A DNA stretch of 64,000 bases. Source: Oopsacas minuta. Its lineage: Eukaryota; Animalia; Porifera. Below, piece by piece: positions 1 through 10,300 of this stretch. The notes under the pieces are model-generated. The model worked only from the letters and a program-made list of their open reading frames with translations, made no database searches and was not told the DNA's origin. How positions within the stretch are numbered: the first letter of the stretch is position 1; each line of letters starts with the position of its first letter. The stretch lies in NCBI GenBank assembly GCA_024704765.1, contig JAKMXF010000335.1, forward strand, positions 124,001 to 188,000, in the 5' to 3' direction. The position numbers and the translations under genes are program-made.

Positions 1-596
1 AGAAACTTGAAAAACCAATTCAATTACTTGAAAATTTATAATATTATTTTAATTATTGCAAAAGTTTTGAAATACTATAAGAATTATGAATTTTGATCTC
101 TTGAATTTTGCTAATACTTAATTTCATTAATGGTTTAAAGACATATTTGCCACATTCCAACACATTCTTGCGTTGCTATGGAGAATAAGGCTAGATCAAG
201 GATCAATTTGTAATTGAGGATTTCAATAACCTAATATTCTAGTTATTCTATACTTTTGATATTTATCCAAAGTGGTTATAACCCAGAGCCTTATTAGGTA
301 TCAAAGCAATTATTTACAACACAAGAAGTGGAATAAATAGCTAACATATACACGAACACAACTGCATTAACAAACCTGTATCTGAAGAACAAACAGTACA
401 GATTATATAATACTGGATAGGTGAGTTGAATTCTTCATTCAATATCTGAGATTCATAGTAAACCAATTAAGAGTAATTTCGACATTGTGTTCAAATCCTG
501 ACACTATAATAAAAGTAGAAAATGTCTACAATTACTACAAATAATTCTTATAACTTTCCGTGGTTTGTTATGACCAAAAACTGGCCTCTCTATAGT

Positions 597-727
597 AGTT
601 ATTCAACCATGGATGGTGGATATAGTTTATCTGCTTGGATGTTGTTTCTTGGTCATTTTGAGGCTCTCTTCGCTTAGTTGGAAGGGAATTTGAATAAACT
701 AAATTCACCATCCATGGTTAAATAACT
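597..727. repeat. Foldback inverted repeat (34-bp arms), MITE-like
   Basis: 597-630 AGTTATTCAACCATGGATGGTGGATATAGTTTAT versus the reverse complement of 694-727: 31/34 identical. Confidence 0.8.
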
Positions 728-878
728 GATAAGCATTTAGGTGGACTATTTTCGTCATAGCAGCACTTTTCAAATCTATAAGCCCAATACTCAAAATGAA
801 ATAATCCATCTATAATATAATCGTCATAACTAATATTATCAAAAGATATTATTTCTTAAGATACAAATAAGTGAATAA

Positions 879-2672
879 CTAATTACTATTTGGAGTTTCA
901 ACTAATAACTGAGCAATAGCCTCAATAACTTTCTCATGTACATCAATATCTAATCCATCTACTCGTAGTCCCAATTCTTTACTCATTCCATCTCGAATAC
1001 CTAACTCACACATGACTGATAATAATTTCCTCTGTTCAGTTTTCGAAAATAAATCCTGAGATTTATGAGTACATATTTGATATCTAACCCCATTCATTAC
1101 ATATCTTCTATGTATTATACAGTTTCTCGCGGCTAATATTCCCGCAGCAATTGCGTAACCTCCCCAGTTAGAAACGCCAGCTGATACCAAGAAATCCGCG
1201 ACATTTGTATTCCCAATTAAATCCCCCTTATCAACATATTTAGTCACATTCTCACTTACTTTACCCATGCCCCATTCATTGCCACCATCTCCAACTGATA
1301 TTGCCTTTTTGAATAACATTTTCCCGTTTATTTCAGTAACTAGCTCGCCACAGTATTGAGTAATGTCAACACCTTTCATTGTATAATATTTCCCATCTTT
1401 CGCAGGTCCACTGTGTTCAATGGTAAGTAAGCAGTCGTATGGATTATCATTTGAAATAGATGATGCCATAGAAGCGAGAGATTTCAATTCAATTCCCTTT
1501 TCACTCCATTCAAATTGTGCCAAACATTTGCTTAGAATATCCCCCATCAGTTTGCGACTGTAGAGTAAAGTTACTTTCTTTCCGAGACTAGACAATACCT
1601 TAGCAACCGCAAAGACACCTGGAATTCCGTCAGTTTCATAAGGAACTTCGAACTCGAAATGACATGGAAATTCACTAATAATAGCTACGGTATCAGAGTG
1701 AGATAAATAGAGACATGATTTCAAGAGATCACCTTCAACGACTAAATTAGTCATACCGCGATTATTCAAATCATTTGAAATCAAAACCTGTAGTTTATTG
1801 ATGACGTCAGCTGTTTGTGATGATACAAAGGATACAGCTACATTTGGTGGATTGTTAAATACAACCATTTCACTGGGAGCAATTGGCTTAGGCTCAGTCT
1901 GTATATCACTGATGAACATGTGACCAGGGTAATGACTGAATACTCTATCGATTTTAGCGGACATGATAGCATTCTGTGTTGTAACACCACACCCCCAAAA
2001 CACAGGGACATCCCCCTCGCTCGGCGTCGAATACTCCCCAATTTCATTATGGTCTAGTTTAGCTATACCAATTTTATTTGGGTTACCGACCCATATAGGA
2101 GCCCCGTGGCTTAAAGGGAAAGTCCCACACAAATCGTGTGTCAATTTCAACATTACAAACGGTATATATCGCATAGAAACAATCATATTACAATCAAATG
2201 GAGGAATAGGTACACATGGAATGTTAGTTGTGTACATAGCAACATTCCTATGCTGCTCAATGTGTCGTTGAGGTATGCCCGCGTTTAATAATGCATGTTC
2301 AAACGTGTATGAACATCCAATATAAAACGTGACGTAATCAATAAGAGGAAACTCTTGTAAAGAAGTGACAGTGTTCGTATGTATACCATTTTCTATTACA
2401 CGATACTTCCCTACATCATACCTAACGTCCGAATTGGTTGCTAAGGGCGTGGCTGTGAATTCATTAGGAGACGAAATGTAGTGAACTGGACAAGGAACTG
2501 GATTTAGTTGACAGAATAGTTTGAATTTATCAGCATTTGATTTCTCAAGTAGAACTATGTTAGTTTGTATGTTGTTATAGCAAAAACCAGCAGTAGTAGT
2601 TGTGTGTTTGCCTGTACGGATCAACTCACGTCCTTGTTTGGAAGAATATTTTGATAACAGATTGGCTTTCAT
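879..2672 (-). CDS. DGLUCY: D-glutamate cyclase homolog (DUF1445 + DUF4392 domains), intronless
   Basis: 597-aa ORF. N-terminal DUF1445 motifs FCQLNPVPCPV, FYIGCSYTFE, HGAPIWVG, PVFWGCGVT and SHYPGHMFISD; C-terminal DUF4392 motifs ETDGIPG, GDGGNEWGMG, VSNWGGYA and VDGL. This two-domain layout matches animal DGLUCY/C14orf159. Confidence 0.9.
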   Translation of the reverse strand: MKANLLSKYSSKQGRELIRTGKHTTTTAGFCYNNIQTNIVLLEKSNADKFKLFCQLNPVPCPVHYISSPNEFTATPLATNSDVRYDVGKYRVIENGIHTNTVTSLQEFPLIDYVTFYIGCSYTFEHALLNAGIPQRHIEQHRNVAMYTTNIPCVPIPPFDCNMIVSMRYIPFVMLKLTHDLCGTFPLSHGAPIWVGNPNKIGIAKLDHNEIGEYSTPSEGDVPVFWGCGVTTQNAIMSAKIDRVFSHYPGHMFISDIQTEPKPIAPSEMVVFNNPPNVAVSFVSSQTADVINKLQVLISNDLNNRGMTNLVVEGDLLKSCLYLSHSDTVAIISEFPCHFEFEVPYETDGIPGVFAVAKVLSSLGKKVTLLYSRKLMGDILSKCLAQFEWSEKGIELKSLASMASSISNDNPYDCLLTIEHSGPAKDGKYYTMKGVDITQYCGELVTEINGKMLFKKAISVGDGGNEWGMGKVSENVTKYVDKGDLIGNTNVADFLVSAGVSNWGGYAIAAGILAARNCIIHRRYVMNGVRYQICTHKSQDLFSKTEQRKLLSVMCELGIRDGMSKELGLRVDGLDIDVHEKVIEAIAQLLVETPNSN

Positions 2673-3520
2673 TGGGAATAGTCTAAACTAAAATTCCAAA
2701 CCAAATTCAGCAATAATTATAATTAATTAGAAAAATGAACACAATATGATGTTGAGTATAGTGTAATATTAGTAGGGGGACAATTTTTATGTCTTATATG
2801 AAGCTCGAGGTACCAAATAAATTCTTAAAAAAACGGATACAATTACTGATTTTCCAAAAAATAAACACTCTTGGACAAAACATGAAAAACTGGACATAAA
2901 ATTGGACATCTTAAATAATGAGTTTCTGTCTGTAGTTCTGCCTGTTATGTAAGAGTAACAATTATCGATATATGATTTTAGACTATTCCGTTTGTAATTC
3001 TTCCAGTATTTACCTTGGCTAATGTATCAAAGTATATTTTTCTGGTGCTATTCGCTTGCTAGATCGTTTCACGAAGTAAGTTACGTAAAATAATATATAT
3101 ATATCGGTAATTGTTACTAATTATTCACGATAGCCAGTTTTATGTCCAGTTTTCAATGTTTTGTCTAAGAAAGCCCAATAGTTTATTTTTTGGGAAAATC
3201 AGTTTGGTAAATTCTAGAAATTGTGTAACGGTCTAGCAAGCGAATCGCGCCAGCAGAATATAGATATGCCGGTGTATTTGCCAATGTGAAATACACTGAA
3301 AGTTGCCAAGTTCTGGGAAGCTGAAGCCAAAAGACAATCAATTTATTTTACCGATTCACTTAGTGAAGATAGTATTATGGGTATAGAATAATTACGGTTG
3401 AATTTTTAGTGAGCGCTATGGCTTGAGACCTCAAAATATGACATTTGTCTCGAAAGCGTGAGGATTGACATACTTGTTTGTCCTTGAGGTCAATATTAAA
3501 TACTTTATCCGTTTATAGCA
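2673..3520. promoter_or_regulatory. Divergent (head-to-head) intergenic region of DGLUCY and MCMBP, containing inverted repeats
   Basis: 848 bp between two divergent start codons. Inverted-repeat arms: 2845-2919/3120-3203, 2954-2973/3099-3118 and 3042-3072/3223-3253. Confidence 0.6.
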
Positions 3521-5017
3521 ATGGCTACAGACAAATGTAATTTCACGGAGAATACACTACTCTCCAATCCTATCCAAACTCTCCATTCCCTTGCTGATAC
3601 CAACACAGATATAGAATCTGTATTGAACAGCTACCAACGACTTATATCTCCATATACCAGTCGTATACCACTTCTAAACACATCAACTGATTATATGAAT
3701 AAACTTGTATACATACGTGGTATGATACAGAATATATCTGACCCAATACTCTACTCGTCAGCTGTTACACTGAAGCATAATACTACCTCAGAAACACGTA
3801 CTATCTATGTCATGTTCCTAGATAATTACACAGCACCTGATGGATGGAATATTCTAGAAACATCTGATATCAACCGAGCGAAACACGCAAGTGAATCTCT
3901 CCTCTTTCAATGTGTACCAGTACCAAATGAAACTGAATGGTGCAAACTTGAATGGTTGAAACAACAAAACGATTCCTCCACACAATTAAAACCATTACAA
4001 GTAATGGGATATACGAATCTATCCGCGATACTACTCAATAACGAATATCTATTATATGGTGTTATAATCGGAAATGAATCTACACAAACCCTACACTGTC
4101 TCTTTCATAAGCAAGTAACCATGGATACTCCATTACAACTGAGTAAATTCAATAACACGAAACCGTTGTTATTGAAAATACGTGAAAAACTATTATCACA
4201 ACTTTTGTTCTGTGTTTCTGGTGATAAACTGGCCGCGGAGTATATGCTATACAATCTCATATCGCGAAATTATGCACGCTGTGACGTCACACAACTTGGT
4301 AAATTTACACTTAACCTTATTCACTCATCACCAAACACTTCTCAACTAATATCCTATTTATATCCGAAGCTCTTACAACGGTTTTTATATCTCCCGCTCT
4401 CTCTTTCTTATCTCAATGAAAAACAGTTTCTTCCTAAAAAAGATTACACTAGTGAACACTTGATAACCGGATGTCTACAGCTAGTAGATTCTACGTTTGT
4501 ATTGATTGATGAGACTAGAATGGAGAATGGACGTTTGACTGCTTCAGGGGTAGCAGCACTTGCTGCCTTAGCTGAGCTCATCAATGGTCAATGTGTGTAT
4601 TATGATTTTACGTATCATAGACTGCCGTTCAATGTAGATGCGCCGATTCTAGTTGTAACTGAAGGTAACAAATCTTTGCTCCCTTCTAGCACTATTCTGC
4701 CTCTTATACCGTCAGATGACGTCATCACACGGCCTGAGTTATCTACAAGTGACCTTGAAGAATTGAGATTGTATATTACATCGGTTCGGACCATGGATTA
4801 CACACTTGATGTAGAGCTACAAGATAAAGTACAGGAGGATTGGGTTGATATGAGGAAGGAGGACAAGGAATTGACTGCTGACGATTTAACTAGACTTCTG
4901 ACAGCTGCGAGGTATTTGAGTATATCACGGGGAGATGGTAGCCTTATGAAGGAAACATGGATTGAGATTAATCAGTTAGAACGAGAGAGGAGAGCTAGGT
5001 TAAATTCTATGAAGTAA
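3521..5017 (+). CDS. MCMBP: Mini-chromosome maintenance complex-binding protein, intronless
   Basis: 498-aa ORF with recalled MCMBP motifs GDKLAAEYMLYNLIS, LGKFTLNL, PKKDYTSEHLITGCLQL, LIDETRMENGRL, YYDFTYH and W..MRKED...TADDL..LL..AR. Confidence 0.9.
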   Translation: MATDKCNFTENTLLSNPIQTLHSLADTNTDIESVLNSYQRLISPYTSRIPLLNTSTDYMNKLVYIRGMIQNISDPILYSSAVTLKHNTTSETRTIYVMFLDNYTAPDGWNILETSDINRAKHASESLLFQCVPVPNETEWCKLEWLKQQNDSSTQLKPLQVMGYTNLSAILLNNEYLLYGVIIGNESTQTLHCLFHKQVTMDTPLQLSKFNNTKPLLLKIREKLLSQLLFCVSGDKLAAEYMLYNLISRNYARCDVTQLGKFTLNLIHSSPNTSQLISYLYPKLLQRFLYLPLSLSYLNEKQFLPKKDYTSEHLITGCLQLVDSTFVLIDETRMENGRLTASGVAALAALAELINGQCVYYDFTYHRLPFNVDAPILVVTEGNKSLLPSSTILPLIPSDDVITRPELSTSDLEELRLYITSVRTMDYTLDVELQDKVQEDWVDMRKEDKELTADDLTRLLTAARYLSISRGDGSLMKETWIEINQLERERRARLNSMK

Positions 5018-5501
5018 ATTATTGTTAGTTTATTTGTTCTACTTAGAATTTTCGAAATTATTTGTGATTCTATTTGGCTTGCAATGAAAATCCTTATTTA
5101 TTTCCTTCTATATCGATTGTGAATCTCAGTATATTAAGTGTAGAATTTCGAGAATTCCATGTATTATTACGTATATGGGAACCTATATTTCACCATTCTT
5201 AGGTATTGTTTTGTATATATTGAAGCCAATAATGAAATAACCAAAATTACGTATATTCACTTACTTTTATAAAAATTAAAAATCACAGTCATGTTGATAT
5301 TATCGTAATTTCTTGTTGTTAACAATCTTTATGATCCAAGAAACGATTCTGATAGGATTTGTATAATGTTTATTTCGCTTATTATCAAGCCTTTGCATTA
5401 TGAACATAATTTTTGTCCCTGAATTTTCATTATAAGCAAACCTGACTGTACATCTCTATTATATATTACTAAATATTGCCAAAATTAGAAACTATTATAA
5501 G

Positions 5502-7380
5502 ATGGAATCTACAGCAGATCATCCCTACCAAGAAATGCTAGATCTTCTCAATGAACAATTCAATAGAAACTCATCAGGTATGGCAGTTATCAGTGCTAAC
5601 AGTTCAATACATACCTACTCTGAGCTACAGGGTAATGCAGGTAAAATACGTGAACTTTTATTGCACATTGGTGTTGCTAGGCAACATGTTATTGGTATTT
5701 GTATTGAACAGAATTTTGATTATATATCAGCTGTTACCGGTGTGATGTTACACGGCAGTATATTCTTGAATTTAGACCAGTATATGAACCGGAACATTCT
5801 CACGAAATTGATTTCGGCACAGCCACCAGATGTACTAATTATCGACCAATATTTCCCTATAGAAATACTATCTGAAGTAGAAATTAGCTTCCCAATTATT
5901 TTCATTGAATCAATATTGTATGACTCAATTATTTCGGCGCCTAAACTTGTGATTAACACATCATCCAGTGAGTTTGATCGTGACGTCATGTACTTGGTAT
6001 ATACATCAGGTTCTACTGGTGGTTCAAATTGTGTTATGGGTAGTTACACTGCGCTTTTAAACAGATTCTGTTGGGAATGGCAACAGTTTCCCTTTTCTCC
6101 AGGTGACCTGCTTTGTTGCCAAACCTCCCCTGCTTTCACTGATTTCTTATGGACCTCCTTGGGTGGTTTACTTGTTGGTACACCCACTATTATCGTGCCA
6201 AAACCTCTTTACATGCGTATATCTCGTTTCATAGACATCTTATCGTCCCATTCAGTTAGCCATTTAGTGCTTGTTCCTAGTATTTTGAAGAAAATTAATA
6301 AAATCCTTGGTTCATCAGGTAAGCCATTGCCCTCTTTGAAATTCCTCGTTTCTACTGGTGAGATTCTATACGAATTTATTGCGAATGAATTCCTGAACTT
6401 TGTACCTAACTGTACTCTACTCAATTTCTACGGTTCAACTGAAGTGACTTCTGACGTCACATTCTATGTAGTACATTCAGATTGTATTAGTACAGCTGAT
6501 GAACATCAAAAGGTATCAATAGGAAGAGCAATAACAGGTGTAACATGTCATATTATTGATGATAAGTCTGATTGCGTTAAGGAGCCTTATGTAGTAGGAG
6601 AGCTAGTTGTAACTGGAGATTGTCTGTCACATGGTTATTATAAGAATCCTGAATTGACGAAACGTAAGTTTTGTCCTTTGTTCCTCTCACCGAGTGAGGG
6701 TGCTGTTGAAGGGCTCAGGACTGGGGATTTAGCGTCATGGCTGCCCAACGGTGATCTGGAGTTTGTAGGAAGGTTAGATGATCAGGTTAAGATATCAGGG
6801 TCACGATGTGATTTGAAAGAAATTGAGATTGTCATTAATAAAATAGCGTTCATAGATCGTGTTGTTGTGCGTGCGGTTAATTCACCCAAACAGGATCCAA
6901 CTTTAGTTGCATATGTTCAATTAGACCGCATTTCTACCCGATCAGTACCAAATGATCCCCCCTTCTGGAAAGATACGAACAGACAGAAACAAATTCATTC
7001 TTTAGTAGCTAAAACACTTCCCCCGTATATGACACCAACTATTTATATATTCGTTAAGGAATTTCAATTGTTGAATTCAGGCAAAGTTGATTCAAAATCT
7101 TTACCAGATCCTATGCTAAAGAATTGGGAAGTTGAAGCTACCACTTGTACACGTATTGATAATGACGTCATCGAATTTGTTAAAGGTTTATTTGCGAAAC
7201 ATTTATACTTAGAAATATCGGAGATTACTTTAAAGGATAATTTCATGGAGTTGGGGGGTTATTCTCTGCTAGTTATGTCGTTATTTGAGGATGTTGAAGC
7301 GAAGTATAATGTGTGTATGCCTGTGTTTGAATTTATAGAGGATTCGACTGTACAGAATTTGTGTGAATTTATACAAACAA
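5502..7380 (+). other. NRPS module 1: starter adenylation domain (Ebony/beta-alanine type) + carrier T1
   Basis: YTSGSTG (about 6000), AFTDFLW (6132), NFYGSTEVTSDV (6423), RTGD, GRLDDQVKISG and SGKVD. T1 motif LGGYS has its Ser at 7263-7265. No upstream C domain. Confidence 0.85.
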
Positions 7381-10300
7381 ACATGAAATGTCAACAACAA
7401 CAACAACAACAACAACATCAGGAAATGAATAATCAATTAACACTTGTATTGCCAGAAAATTTGCCGGAAAAAATACCATTTTCATTCGCTCAAAAGGAAT
7501 TATACTATTTACACGAGGCTGATAAGTCTAAATCTACATATAATGAATTCGTTGCAGTAGAAATAGAAGGATTAATAGAAGTACCATTGCTACAAACTGC
7601 TATTAACGATATAATTACTTCTCGTATGATTCTACGTACTACTTTCCATCTTGAAAAACAGGAATTTTACCAAAAAATACACACCGATTTGAATTATAAA
7701 TTACAAATATTACAAACATCCAACGCTCAATTGGACCAAGATATCATCAGGAATTTACAGCATGAATTCACCCTCGATCAATTACCTTTATTTCAATTCA
7801 CACTTTTCATATTATGCGATGCATCACGTCCAAAGAGTTTCTCCAAGCGTATAAAAGGTAAAATGATATTACTTCTCTCTTTACATCATCTCTTAGTTGA
7901 TGGACTGTCCCTATATAAAATACTGTTAGAGCTATTTACAATATACAACACATACTTAGACACATCAGCCAAACTCCCAGGGCAAAATCCACCTCAATAC
8001 ATTAGCTTTGTGTTATTAGAACGGTCAGATTGTCATCAGAAAGTATTCAAATCACAGTTAGAATATTGGCGTACACAGCTACACGCCATGGATATGTTAC
8101 ATATAAGATCTGATATGGAAGGGAGTTCTAAATTCGGTCCTGCTGGACAATTTATCTGTGGGATAAGTCTGGACACGAAACGGAAACTTACTGACGTCGC
8201 TCTCGCTCATAACACTTCTCTATTCACCACTCTAATCGCGGCATTCGCGTTCCTACTCTCAAAATACGCACAAGACCAAGATGACGTTACAATAGCCACA
8301 CCAATGAGCCTACGTCCTCATATACCTCAAGGAATGGAGCTGATAGGACCCTTAATTAACGTAGTATTAATCAGGACTAAATTCGGAATATTAAAACCTT
8401 TAACACAACACTCTTTCTCAGATTTATTAACCAAAATGCATGAAACAGTTAAACAAGCAATGCAGAACTCCCTTGTACCATTAGAACATGTAGCCAATAG
8501 TTTACGAATTGATACCCCAAATAATTCGCCGTTTGAAGATTTGTTACAGGCTCTGTTCGTATTTCATGAACACAGTAAGGTTCTTAAGCTAATTAGTAGT
8601 AATAATGATTATTCTATCAAGGAATATGGAGTATATCCTGAATTGAATATGCAAGCTAAAAGTAATATTGTAATGTCTATTGATATCGTAGAGGAAGGCT
8701 TACAGGCGAGATTAGCTTATCGTACTTCTCTGTTTAGTAAGAGTTTTGCTCGACAATTCTGCCAAGATTATGTACAGCTTCTACAATTCATTTCAAATCG
8801 TCCTACTTCTATATTATCCAGATTTTCTCTACTTTCCAACCAGGAGTATAAGAATATTATTTCGATTTGTTCTACTCCGAATTTACCAATAACTACTACA
8901 TCAATTCCTCAAATATTCTATAAATGGGTTCAAGATACACCCAATAACATTGCCCTGGAAATAGAGGATCGATTATACACATATTCACACCTTTACGAGT
9001 TAATTACACTCATTGTACAATCTCTTACAGAACCTCCCCATCAACATGGTTGTGTCATTGGAATTTGTATGCGGCAGTCTGTTAACCTCGTAGCTAGCAT
9101 CCTCGCGGCTTTATTCGCAGGTTTTGGCTATGTATATTTAGACCCAGATCTCCCAAAAGGTAGATTAACCTACATACAACAAGATGCTAACATTTCTACT
9201 GTACTATTAGACTCCAGCATTGAATTAAGCTTGATAACTTCTAACCAAATAATCAACATAGATATTATACTGAACAGTGAATTTAATGCTGAGTATAATT
9301 GTCCTATGTCTGGTAACGAAATCTGCTATATATTATACACATCAGGTAGTACAGGTAGGCCTAAAGGAGTAATAGTTGGTCAGATTAACGTGATAACAAG
9401 ATGCTGCTTAACTCCTGAACTAATTGGGCCGCCAGCAGCTAGATATTGCCAGTTCTCGACATTCAGTTTTGATATATACGCGTATGAGTTTTATTGTGCG
9501 TTGCTTAACGGTGCAACTCTATGTATATTCGAGCGAGTCAAATACTTAGCTCAACTCGATCTATTCACTTCTCTTCTCCACCGTCAATACATTGACTGTA
9601 TGATGCTTGCTCCACCATTATGTGACGTCATATCTAAAAACTATCCACGTGCATTTTCCTCACTATACTCCCTCATGGTTTCAGGTGATATCCTACAACC
9701 TATCGTATCGAATAGGATATTAACCCAAGGGGCACCGAAAAACTTCTATAATCTCCATGGAATAACTGAAGTTACTGTAGTAGATAGTATTTATCGATTG
9801 GATGATTTGTTCTACAGTGATATTCCTATAGGCAGACCACTGACTAATAATTCTATGTTTGTTGTAGATAAACATATGAATTTGTTACCGAAAGGGATTG
9901 TTGGTGAGATATTAGTTGGAGGGGGAACAGTCGCATTGGGGTATTTAAATAATTCTGAAAAGACTAAGGATAAATTTGTTACTTTTCGTTTCAGTCAGGA
10001 TTCGACTACGAGATTATTCAAATCAGGTGATTTGGGATATTTGGATTTTTCGGATAGATTCAGGTTTATTGGTAGAAGTGATTGGCAGATAAAACTACGT
10101 GGACAGAGGCTGGAATTAGGAGAAATTGAGCGTGTAGCACTTGAGTATCCAGGTGTTAATGAATTTGCTGCTGTATGTAGAATAGAAGGTAATATACCAG
10201 TTTCTATCATAGGATTCTGTTCTACAAATATTGTGAATAATAATGCGCTAACACAAGAACTAAATTTACATTTGAGAGATACACTAGCTCCCTATATGAT

